Source: Elusimicrobia bacterium RIFOXYD2_FULL_34_15 (GTDB lineage: Bacteria > Elusimicrobiota > UBA8919). From it: DNA of 64,000 nucleotides. The position numbers were made by a program, and so were the translations under genes. The first letter of the stretch is position 1; every line of letters starts with the position of its first letter. The notes under the pieces were generated by a model that was not told the DNA's origin, did not search any database, and saw only the letters and a list, made by a program, of their open reading frames with translations. Below, one piece after another: positions 28,277 through 37,518 of the stretch. The stretch spans positions 14,028 through 78,027 of the forward strand of contig MGVS01000068.1 of the NCBI GenBank assembly GCA_001800605.1, written 5' to 3'.

Positions 28277-30004
28277 ATGAATAAAAATGATAAAATATAT
28301 GTTGCGGGACATAAAGGACTAGTGGGTTCTGCGATACTCCGCCGGCTTGAAAAAGACCGTTATAAAAATATCATAACAAAGGAACATGCCGAGCTGGATT
28401 TATGCGATCAGTATCAAGTTAAAGCATTTTTTGAAAGGGAAAAACCTAAATATGTGTTCCTTGCAGCTGCTAAAGTCGGCGGTGTTTTTGCAAACAATAC
28501 TTACCGCGCCGATTATATCTATGAAAACTTGATAATACAAAGTAACGTTATTCATCATTCTTTTTTAAATGAAGTTAGTAAACTTCTCTTTTTAAATTCT
28601 GCTGATGCTTATCCAAAAGACCATCAAAAATGCGCAAAAGAGGAAGATCTGCTAAAAGGCCCTTTGGAACCTACGTGCGAACCTTTCGCCACAGCTAAAA
28701 TTGCGGGAATTAAAATGTGTGAATCTTATAATCGCCAGTACGGGACCGATTTTATAGTAGTTACCGCGCCTAATGTTTACGGACCACACCAGCATTATGA
28801 CATACTCAATGCGCAGGTATTGCCTTCTCTGGTTAAGAAATTTCACGAAGCTAAAATTGCGGGTTCTAAAGAGGTTGTCATCTGGGGATCCGGCGGTGCT
28901 GTAAGAGATTTTTTATTTGTAGATGACCTTGCTGATGCGTGCATCTTTTTGATGAATAATTCTTCCGGCTGTGACTCTTTCAATACGGGAACCGGAAAAG
29001 GCCATACAATCCTTGAGTTAGCTGAAACAATTAAAAAGGTTATAGGATTCAAAGGTAGAATTTTATTTGATAAAACAAAACCAGAAGGCGTCAGCAAAAA
29101 ACTTCTGGACATATCGAAAATACGAAGTTTAGGCTGGAAATCAAAAACTAAACTGGAAGACGGAGTGAAAAACAGTTATAGTTCTTTTTTAGACGAGTTA
29201 GACAAGAAAGAAGTTAGGGTTTCAAAGATATTGAATATAAAAATCTGTGATAAAGATATCATTGCTTTAAACAGACTGAAATCGATTAAAAAAACTATTT
29301 CTGTAAGCGTTCAGCCGGATAATTATAAAAATAAGATTGTTGTAAAACCATGGGGGCATGAATTTTTAGTTTTTGAAAACGAAAAAACAGCGGTTTGGCT
29401 TTTATACATAGAAAAAGGCAACTCAACATCCATGCACTGCCACCCGCAAAAAAAGACATCGCTTATCATTTTATCCGGAAAAGCGATGAGCAATACCTTC
29501 CAATCTAAAAATTATTTGAAGGGCGGGGATACTATTATCATTGAGAAAGGAGTATTTCATTCCACTAAAGTTTTATCCGATAACGGACTTTTCATGTTAG
29601 AGATAGAATCTCCGCCGATTAAGACCGACCTTGTAAGGCTGGAGGACAGATATGGGCGGGAAACTTCCGGCTATGAAGGCATTGCAGAAATGGAAACTAA
29701 AAATCTTACTGAATACGGATATTTCAGTTTTGATGAATCTGATTGTTATAAAAAATATATTAAAGAAACCGAAAGATTTATTGTAAAATTTGAGGTTTTT
29801 CCCGATAATAAAGAATTTCAAAAACATTTTGAAACCAATGAAAACGGACTCTATACATCATGCAGAGGCAAGCTTATGGATAAAGAAAATAATATTGTAC
29901 TAAACCTTGCTGATACTCAAAAAACTTACAGTCTTTCAAATGTAAAAAAAATTCACATTTCCGAAAAAACTGTTCTATTAAAAACCATAACAAAGGATAA
30001 ATAA
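28277..30004 (+). CDS. Fusion of a GDP-fucose-synthase-like SDR and a C-terminal cupin (PMI type II-like) domain
   Basis: AGHKGLVG, AAAKVGG, KPEG; then KPWGHE..TSMHCHPQK..GVFHST..EIESP..D.VRLEDRYGR cupin motifs. Confidence 0.85.
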   Translation: MNKNDKIYVAGHKGLVGSAILRRLEKDRYKNIITKEHAELDLCDQYQVKAFFEREKPKYVFLAAAKVGGVFANNTYRADYIYENLIIQSNVIHHSFLNEVSKLLFLNSADAYPKDHQKCAKEEDLLKGPLEPTCEPFATAKIAGIKMCESYNRQYGTDFIVVTAPNVYGPHQHYDILNAQVLPSLVKKFHEAKIAGSKEVVIWGSGGAVRDFLFVDDLADACIFLMNNSSGCDSFNTGTGKGHTILELAETIKKVIGFKGRILFDKTKPEGVSKKLLDISKIRSLGWKSKTKLEDGVKNSYSSFLDELDKKEVRVSKILNIKICDKDIIALNRLKSIKKTISVSVQPDNYKNKIVVKPWGHEFLVFENEKTAVWLLYIEKGNSTSMHCHPQKKTSLIILSGKAMSNTFQSKNYLKGGDTIIIEKGVFHSTKVLSDNGLFMLEIESPPIKTDLVRLEDRYGRETSGYEGIAEMETKNLTEYGYFSFDESDCYKKYIKETERFIVKFEVFPDNKEFQKHFETNENGLYTSCRGKLMDKENNIVLNLADTQKTYSLSNVKKIHISEKTVLLKTITKDK

Positions 30005-31549
30005 ATGTTAGATCTTCAAAATATTGCGATTGTCATATCCGAAAAGGATAATGTAGCTGTCGCAAAAACAAATATAAAAAAAGGCGTTATCGTCAAATAT
30101 GTAAGCGATACCTTTAAAATTTTAAATAATATTTCAAAAGGATTCAGATTTTCTATAAAAGACATTAAGAAAAACGAATTGGTTAAACAATATGGATATC
30201 CATTCGGAATATCCAAAGGTATAAAAAAGGGACAATTAATCAGTGCGGATAACGTCAAAGAATATTTTGTTAATTACAATAAAGTAATTAAACCTTCTCA
30301 AATAAATAAATATCAACACAAAAAAAATATTTTAAACAAAACCTTCAAAGGTTATGTAAGATCTAACGGGCAAGTAGGGACAAGAAATTATTATCTTATA
30401 GTACCTACATCCATGTGCGCAAGCGATGTCACTTCTAAAATTGCAAATTCTTTAGATAATGACAAATTATTAAAAAGTAAATATAAAAATATTGACGGAT
30501 TTGTAGCAGCCGCCCACACCGAAGGATGCGGTTGTAATGACGGCGATATCATAAACAGATTAATGCTAACCCTAAAAAACACAATCATTCATCCTAATGT
30601 TGGAGGAGCATTAATTGTTGATTTAGGTTGTGAGAAAACAAATAAATCGGTTATTTCTAAATATTTAGGAAATCTAAATAAATATAAAAAACCTATAGAC
30701 TTTATTACTATTCAGGATTTAGGCGGTACAGGTAAAGCAATAACATCAGGTCAAAATATAATTCTTAGCAGACTAAGTAAAGTTAATAACTTTTATAGGC
30801 AAGAAGTTGCTTTAAAACATCTTAAAATAGGGACTGAATGTGGCGCGTCTGATTCATTCTCCGGTATTACAGCAAATCCTTTAATCGGAAATACTGTAGA
30901 CAAAATAATCGATTTGGGCGGTTCAGCGATATTATCAGAAATCCCTGAGATGATAGGTGCAGAAGCAAACCTGATACAAAGAATGTTAAATAATCAAACC
31001 GTTAAAAAATTTAAAAACGGTATAAATTATTATAAAAATTTAGCCAGAACATTAAACGTATCAATGGACGGAAATCTTGTGGACGCCAATAAAAAAGGCG
31101 GATTGATAACCGTAACCTTAAAAAGTTTGGGAGCAATATTGAAAGGCGGTAGTTCAGAAGTTGTCGATTTTCTCGATTATGCAGAACTAATAAAAAAACA
31201 CGGTTTAAATATAATGAACGGACCAGGTAATGATTTAGAATCTATGACGGGTATAGTTGCTTCCGGAGCAAATCTAATCCTATTTTCTACAGGCTTGGGT
31301 GCTACTGAAGGAAGTTTAACTGCTCCTGTAATAAGAATTACTTCAACAACTGAACTTTATAATAAAATACCGGATGATATGGATTTCAACGCGGGTCGCC
31401 TGCTTGATGATAATAATACATCTTTAGACAAGTTAAGCAATGAACTCCTTGATTTAGTAATTGCTATTGCTTCAGGTCAGCGGTCTTGTTCAGAAGTCTG
31501 GAAAAAAAGGTCGTTCCAGATATGGACAGCCGGTAAATTATCTTTATGA
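30005..31549 (+). CDS. UxaA/GarD-family sugar-acid dehydratase with SAF domain
   Basis: DNVAVA SAF start, GTRNY, HTEGCG, LGCE, ECGASD.FSGITANP, KSLGAI.KGG, FSTG.G. Confidence 0.88.
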   Translation: MLDLQNIAIVISEKDNVAVAKTNIKKGVIVKYVSDTFKILNNISKGFRFSIKDIKKNELVKQYGYPFGISKGIKKGQLISADNVKEYFVNYNKVIKPSQINKYQHKKNILNKTFKGYVRSNGQVGTRNYYLIVPTSMCASDVTSKIANSLDNDKLLKSKYKNIDGFVAAAHTEGCGCNDGDIINRLMLTLKNTIIHPNVGGALIVDLGCEKTNKSVISKYLGNLNKYKKPIDFITIQDLGGTGKAITSGQNIILSRLSKVNNFYRQEVALKHLKIGTECGASDSFSGITANPLIGNTVDKIIDLGGSAILSEIPEMIGAEANLIQRMLNNQTVKKFKNGINYYKNLARTLNVSMDGNLVDANKKGGLITVTLKSLGAILKGGSSEVVDFLDYAELIKKHGLNIMNGPGNDLESMTGIVASGANLILFSTGLGATEGSLTAPVIRITSTTELYNKIPDDMDFNAGRLLDDNNTSLDKLSNELLDLVIAIASGQRSCSEVWKKRSFQIWTAGKLSL

Positions 31550-31604
31550 ATGCACAGGGTCTGATAAACACAAATAAAAGGGACAATAATCTTTATTTAT
31601 TTAA

Positions 31605-32237
31605 ATGAAAAAATATAAAGCTGTATTATTTGATTTTGACGGGGTTATCGGTAAAACAATGGATGACAATTATAATGCCTGGAGATATGCACTTTCAAAA
31701 TATAATATAGATATTACTAAAAATGAATATTTTCAATTAGAAGGTATGAGCACTACAAAAACTGCTGAATATTTTTTAAGTGAAAACTCTAAAAGTATCC
31801 GTAAAGCGAAAGAAGTAGTCGAAGATAAAGAAGATTATTTTTTAAAAAACAACAAATTTTCCGTCTATACTGATGTTAAATCTTTGCTTCCTTATTTAAA
31901 AAAGAAGGGTTATTCACTCGGATTAGTATCCGGCGGTTCTTTTAAAAGAATTGCTAAATCTTTAAGTAATAAATTACTCAAGTACTTTGACGTTGTTTTA
32001 ACGAGCGATAGAGTAAAAAAATGCAAACCGCATCCCGAACCTTATTTGACAGCGGCAAAAATGCTTTCAGTAAAACCTTATTATTGTTTAGCTGTAGAAA
32101 ATGCACCTTTAGGCATCGAATCGGCAAAAAGGGCTAAAATGGATTGCATAGCAATAACTTCAACTTTGGATAAAAAATATTTAAAAAAAGCAGATAAAAT
32201 AATAAAAAAACTGGGAGAACTTCGTAGAATACTTTAA
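31605..32237 (+). CDS. HAD-superfamily phosphatase (beta-PGM-like)
   Basis: FDFDGVI motif I, KPHPEPY, VENAPLGIESA. Confidence 0.88.
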   Translation: MKKYKAVLFDFDGVIGKTMDDNYNAWRYALSKYNIDITKNEYFQLEGMSTTKTAEYFLSENSKSIRKAKEVVEDKEDYFLKNNKFSVYTDVKSLLPYLKKKGYSLGLVSGGSFKRIAKSLSNKLLKYFDVVLTSDRVKKCKPHPEPYLTAAKMLSVKPYYCLAVENAPLGIESAKRAKMDCIAITSTLDKKYLKKADKIIKKLGELRRIL

Positions 32238-32238
32238 T

Positions 32239-33231
32239 ATGGCAGAAAACAACAATTATCTGAATAATAAAACTATCTTCTTAGCAGGTGCAACCGGTTC
32301 TGTAGGCAGCGCAATTATACAATATATAATTGACAATTATCCGTCAACAAAAATCCGGGCTGCTTATAGAAAAACAAAACCTTTTATCGAACACGAACGC
32401 ATTGAATATATAAAAGGTGATTTACGGCTAATAGAAGATTGTAGAAAAATAGCAAATGGATGCGATTGCGCTATAATGGCTGCTTCTCATTCCGGCGGTT
32501 CAAAAGTAATGACATCGGAACCATGGACGTTTTTAAATGACAATATAATAATGAATACGCAGATGTTAGAAGCATTCTTTCGGGAAAACGTTAAACGTGT
32601 TTTATATATCGGCACTTCGACAGTATACCAGGAATTTGAAGGTTATATCAAAGAAAATGAGCTGGACTTTAACAAAGAACCCAATTCCGCATATTTCGGG
32701 GTCGGCTGGATATCAAGATTTATTGAAAAACTATGCGAGTTCTGGCATATGAAAACCGGTATGGAAACGATGATGGTCAGGGCATCTAACATTTTCGGGC
32801 CATATTCAAGCTTTGATCCTTCATCATCTTATTTTGTACCGGCAATTATAAGAAAAGCAGAGAGCAAAATGGATCCTTTTGAAGTTTGGGGCAGTCCTGA
32901 TGTAACAAGGGATGTTATTTATTCGGAAGATTTTGCATCGGCAATTACTACGATCCTTAGTGCTGATAATTTAAAATTTGAAGTTTTTAATGTCGGTTCC
33001 GGAACAAAAACAACCGTCGGAGATGTGGTTAATTATTCAATTAAATATGCAGATTATAAACCTTCAAAAATAAATTATGATTTAAGTAAACCGACTACAA
33101 TTAAATTTAGGGCATTGGATATTTCAAAAGCGAAAAAAATATTGAATTGGCAGCCAAAGTATTCTACAGGAGACGGCATCAAAAAAACCATGGACTGGTG
33201 GATAAAAAATAAGGGAAACTGGAAAAAATGA
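32239..33231 (+). CDS. Extended SDR (Fcl/GME-like) lacking YxxxK
   Basis: AGATGSVG, R.SNIFGP, EVWG...TRD, NVGSG, KPTTI; catalytic position reads VGWISR. Confidence 0.8.
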   Translation: MAENNNYLNNKTIFLAGATGSVGSAIIQYIIDNYPSTKIRAAYRKTKPFIEHERIEYIKGDLRLIEDCRKIANGCDCAIMAASHSGGSKVMTSEPWTFLNDNIIMNTQMLEAFFRENVKRVLYIGTSTVYQEFEGYIKENELDFNKEPNSAYFGVGWISRFIEKLCEFWHMKTGMETMMVRASNIFGPYSSFDPSSSYFVPAIIRKAESKMDPFEVWGSPDVTRDVIYSEDFASAITTILSADNLKFEVFNVGSGTKTTVGDVVNYSIKYADYKPSKINYDLSKPTTIKFRALDISKAKKILNWQPKYSTGDGIKKTMDWWIKNKGNWKK

Positions 33232-34187
33232 AAAAGAAAATTTTAATTTGCGGAAGTACAGGTCTATTAGGCAGGAACGTGGCCGAATCATTTGCAGAAA
33301 ATGACGATTTTGAAGTTTACGGAACTTATCTAAAATCCAAACCTTTAGATAATCCTAAAATCAAAATGATAAAAGCAGATCTTACAGATAAAAATGACGT
33401 AAACAACGTAATAAAGGGAATGGATATCATTATTCAGGCAGCTGCAACAACTTCCGGTGTAAAAGATATTCTCTCAAAACCATATTACCATGTTACGGAT
33501 AATACCATAATGAACGCGCTTATATTCAGGGCAGCGTTTGACCACAAAGTATCTCATTTATTATTTTTAAGCTGTACCGTAATGTATCAATCAAGCGATA
33601 AACCGCTCAAAGAAACAGATTTTGACGCTAATAAAGAAATGTACCCAAGTTATTTTGGCGGAGCATGGATGAAAGTTTACAACGAAAAAATGTGCGAGTT
33701 CTATTCCAGGATAGGAACAACTAAATTTACCGTTGTCAGACATTCCAATATCTACGGACCATACGACAAATACGACCTGGAAAGATCCCATGTTTTTGGA
33801 GCTACCATTACCAAAGTTATGACAACAAAGGATGGAGGAAAAATTAAGGTCTGGGGAGAAGGAACCGAAGAAAGAGATTTGATGCACGTTGACGATGTTG
33901 TCGATTTTATAAAACTTGCACTTAGTAAGCAGACAAGTAAATTTGAACTTTTTAACGCCGGATGCGGTAGTTCTATCTCCGTGAGCAATCTTATTAAAAA
34001 AATTATTCAAATTTCCGGTAAAAATATATCCATTGAATATGACCTTACAAAACCAACGGTAAAAACTAAAGTATGTCTTGATTCCACAAAAGCAAAAAAT
34101 ATGCTCGGATGGGAATCAAAAATTTCACTGGATGAAGGTATTAAAAAAACCATAGACTGGTATAAGAATAATTTTAAAGTGATATAA
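33228..34187 (+). CDS. Extended SDR (Fcl/GME-like) lacking the catalytic Tyr
   Basis: CGSTGLLG, AAATTSG, RHSNIYGPYDKY..SHVFGA, WGEGTEERD; catalytic position reads GAWMK. Confidence 0.8.
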   Translation: MKKKILICGSTGLLGRNVAESFAENDDFEVYGTYLKSKPLDNPKIKMIKADLTDKNDVNNVIKGMDIIIQAAATTSGVKDILSKPYYHVTDNTIMNALIFRAAFDHKVSHLLFLSCTVMYQSSDKPLKETDFDANKEMYPSYFGGAWMKVYNEKMCEFYSRIGTTKFTVVRHSNIYGPYDKYDLERSHVFGATITKVMTTKDGGKIKVWGEGTEERDLMHVDDVVDFIKLALSKQTSKFELFNAGCGSSISVSNLIKKIIQISGKNISIEYDLTKPTVKTKVCLDSTKAKNMLGWESKISLDEGIKKTIDWYKNNFKVI

Positions 34188-34191
34188 CTAT

Positions 34192-34785
34192 TTGGTTATG
34201 AATAAAATGAAATTAAAAAAACGGGATTCCAATAAATTCTGGAAAGTACTCTCGGAAAAAAAAGTTTTTGAATTTAAAAATAGATTTTCCGTTTCTATCC
34301 AAAAAGTTAAATTACCTGATGGAAGAATAATAAATGATTACCATCACATGGAATTCGCAGAATCCGCAGTAATTGTTGCGCGTACCGATAAAAGCAATAT
34401 ACTATTTTCAAGACAATATTTACACGGACCTGATGCCATAAGCTTTGTATTACCCGGAGGTAAAATAGAAAATAATGAAAAACCTTTGGTAGCAGCTAAA
34501 AGAGAATTGCTTGAAGAAACCGGATATGTTTCAAATAAATGGAAATTTCTCGGTGATTTTGTATTGCATATAAACTACGGCTGCGGAAGAGTGCATTTTT
34601 ATTTTGCCGATGATGTTAAAAAAACAGCTCCGCCAAAATCCGGTGACCTTGAAGAAATGGAAATATTGCAATTATCCGAACAGCAAATTATTAAAGCTTT
34701 GAAAAAAGGGAATATTCTTTGTCTAGCCAGCATTTCAGCTTTGATGCTGGGAAAAGTATTTATCAGCAAAGGTGAATTATGTTAA
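34192..34785 (+). CDS. Nudix hydrolase (ADP-ribose/NDP-sugar pyrophosphatase-like); true start may be 34198 or 34207
   Basis: Nudix box GGKIENNEKPLVAAKRELLEETG. Confidence 0.88.
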   Translation: MVMNKMKLKKRDSNKFWKVLSEKKVFEFKNRFSVSIQKVKLPDGRIINDYHHMEFAESAVIVARTDKSNILFSRQYLHGPDAISFVLPGGKIENNEKPLVAAKRELLEETGYVSNKWKFLGDFVLHINYGCGRVHFYFADDVKKTAPPKSGDLEEMEILQLSEQQIIKALKKGNILCLASISALMLGKVFISKGELC

Positions 34786-36104
34786 AAATCGGTTTTATTT
34801 TTCCAAGCAGTGAATATCTGCACGACCCTTTCAGGGGTGACCCGCATACACATTTTCAAATATTGACCGTTTTAGAATCTCATTTCGGTAAAAAAGTTGA
34901 CCTTTCATTGATTGATTTAAGGGGTATTAAAAAAGAGTTTGCAATATATCATATACCCGAATGCGATGTTTATCTTCATTCAATTTACACTCTTGATTAT
35001 GCAGAGCAAGAATCGATTGTAAGTAATTTGCGTGCACGTTATCCAAAGGCCAAGCATATTGCAGGCGGGCCGCACGCCGCAGTTTTTCAGAAAAAAAGTT
35101 TAAAAGTATTTGATGCACTAATTCTCGGAGATGGAGAAGAATCGATTATTAAAGCAATTCAGGATATTTTGAAGTCAAAACTTAAAAAGATTTATGAACA
35201 AAACAAAATAATAGATATAAACCGCTATCCGTATCCAAGCAGAAAATATTTGCCGGAATCTACCATAGCCAGAAAGGGATTGATATCTTTAAAAGATACA
35301 AGGGGTTACGAAGATTTGTTAAGTACTACCGTTATTTTTAGCAGAGGTTGTCCCTATAACTGTGCCTTCTGTGCAATGCCGCAAATAAAAAAATATAATC
35401 CGCAAGTACGTTATAAACACCCTCATCTTGTTGAAGAAGAAATTGAATATTTAAAACGGGACTACGGTATAAAAGCTATCAGCCTACTCGACGAAATCGC
35501 TATACCGCCCAACCCTAAAAAAGCTATTCCTTATTTAGAAGCTATCGGCAGGACAGGAATAATATGGAAAGCGCAGTGCAGAGTTGACAGCATTACTCCT
35601 GAAATAGCAAAATTACTGAAGAAAACCGGTTGTGTAATCATGTGCTTTGGAATTGAGAGCGTTTGTCAAAATTCGTTAGATATTATAAATAAAAAGATTA
35701 ACATTGAAAGAACAAAAGAATCAATAAAACTTATGAAACAAAACGGCATTGAATGCAGAGTATATATGATTATCGGCCTTCCAAATGAACCCGAAGATAT
35801 AGTTGAGCAAACATGGTCGTTCATTAAAGAAACTGCGCCTGATTTAGTTTATTTATGCCTGTTAACCATAAGACCCGGGACTGTAATGTACAATAATCCG
35901 GAAAAATTTGGGATTAAAAATATAACAAACGACTGGTCAAAAACAATGCATATGTATAGCCGGTATGATAGTGAAATGCCAAGCCTGACATTTGAATACG
36001 AAAAAAATACACCTTGGGGAAAGGGAACAAGCCAGGAAAAGATAATAAAAAACTATTTAGAATTGCAGAGAAGATTAAAAGAAGCTAACCTGGCTATCAG
36101 ATAA
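34779..36104 (+). CDS. B12-binding radical SAM enzyme 3
   Basis: AGGPHA, GDGE; SRGCPYNCAFC; FGIES; IGLP.E; RPGT. Confidence 0.88.
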   Translation: MLKIGFIFPSSEYLHDPFRGDPHTHFQILTVLESHFGKKVDLSLIDLRGIKKEFAIYHIPECDVYLHSIYTLDYAEQESIVSNLRARYPKAKHIAGGPHAAVFQKKSLKVFDALILGDGEESIIKAIQDILKSKLKKIYEQNKIIDINRYPYPSRKYLPESTIARKGLISLKDTRGYEDLLSTTVIFSRGCPYNCAFCAMPQIKKYNPQVRYKHPHLVEEEIEYLKRDYGIKAISLLDEIAIPPNPKKAIPYLEAIGRTGIIWKAQCRVDSITPEIAKLLKKTGCVIMCFGIESVCQNSLDIINKKINIERTKESIKLMKQNGIECRVYMIIGLPNEPEDIVEQTWSFIKETAPDLVYLCLLTIRPGTVMYNNPEKFGIKNITNDWSKTMHMYSRYDSEMPSLTFEYEKNTPWGKGTSQEKIIKNYLELQRRLKEANLAIR

Positions 36105-36105
36105 A

Positions 36106-37518
36106 ATGAAAATACTTTTAGTTAATCCTCCGGTACCTGAAACATATTATAACAGGGAATTTTATGTTCCTTCAGGCCTATTATATTTGGCCTCCGTTTT
36201 GAAGAAAAACGGAGAAGAAGTAAAACTGCTAGATTTGAAATGCCCAAAATATGAATCTAAAATTAATCGGCACAAACATTTTGAAGAAATATTGATTGAT
36301 ACAGTCGCTTCTTATAAACCGTATATTATCGGTTTTGGGTGTTTATTTTCCGGTAATTTTCCTGACGTTTTAAAATTCACGGAGACAACGAAAAAAGCCT
36401 TCAGCAATATTCCGATTATTATCGGCGGAATTCATCCGACCATCTATCCGGAAAAAATTCTGGGTAACTGCCCGTCTATTGATTGGCTTATTTTGGGTGA
36501 AGGAGAACAAGCTATAGTGCAATTGATTAATACTATTAAGAATAAATCATTCGAGTTTGATAAAATTGACGGTTTTGCATACAGAAATAACGGCAAAATA
36601 TTCGTCAATCCTAAAAAATGTTTTATTGAAAATATTGATACTATACCTTTCCCTGCATACGATATTATAGATTTGAAAGATTATTATATTGATACTTCTG
36701 ACTGGTACAATCCAAAAAATCTTCCTATAAACACATCCATCCCGATTATTTCCAGCAGGAGCTGTCCAAACAGATGCAACTTTTGTTCTATGTATACCGT
36801 TATGGGACCGAGGTGGAGGGCAAGAACTCCCAAAAATGTAGTTGATGAAATAGAATTAGTTTATAAAAAATTTAAACTGCAGCATTTCTCAATTATGGAT
36901 GATAATTTTTCATTAAATAAAAAACGCGTGCTTGAAATTTGCAGTATGATAAAAGAAAGAAAATTAGATATCCTATTTGAAACTCCTAACGGACTTTCAA
37001 TAAATACTTTAGATGAAGAAGTGCTGGATGCATTGGTTTCTACCGGTTTAACAAGGGTTTCTTTAGCAATAGAAAGCGGTTCCGACTTCATACGCAATAA
37101 AGTAATGGGTAAACACCTTAGCAGGGAGAAAATATTCGAAATAATAAATATTACAAGAAAATATAAGGATTTATATGTCAAAGCCTTTTTTGTAATAGGT
37201 ATGCCTGAAGAGACCAGTGAAACATTAATGGAAACTTATAATCTGATAAAAGAAATAAATGTAGACAGAATATACTTGCATAATATTATACCTTTTCCCG
37301 GGACAAAAGTATTTGAACAGGCTTTAAGGGATAATCTCTTTATAGATATTAATCCAAATGAATTTTATAAATCCGACGATTTGTATATAACAAATTTTAA
37401 CCGTTTTTTTATTAAACCATATAAACTGACTTTGAAAGATTTACAAGAGTTCAGAAGTAAATGTGAAATATTAATCAATGAACTAAAAACAAATAGGATT
37501 GGATCTGTAATAAAATAA
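36106..37518 (+). CDS. B12-binding radical SAM enzyme 4
   Basis: PSGLLYLAS, GGIHPT, GEGE; SRSCPNRCNFC; MDDNF; AIESGS; PFPGT. Confidence 0.92.
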   Translation: MKILLVNPPVPETYYNREFYVPSGLLYLASVLKKNGEEVKLLDLKCPKYESKINRHKHFEEILIDTVASYKPYIIGFGCLFSGNFPDVLKFTETTKKAFSNIPIIIGGIHPTIYPEKILGNCPSIDWLILGEGEQAIVQLINTIKNKSFEFDKIDGFAYRNNGKIFVNPKKCFIENIDTIPFPAYDIIDLKDYYIDTSDWYNPKNLPINTSIPIISSRSCPNRCNFCSMYTVMGPRWRARTPKNVVDEIELVYKKFKLQHFSIMDDNFSLNKKRVLEICSMIKERKLDILFETPNGLSINTLDEEVLDALVSTGLTRVSLAIESGSDFIRNKVMGKHLSREKIFEIINITRKYKDLYVKAFFVIGMPEETSETLMETYNLIKEINVDRIYLHNIIPFPGTKVFEQALRDNLFIDINPNEFYKSDDLYITNFNRFFIKPYKLTLKDLQEFRSKCEILINELKTNRIGSVIK

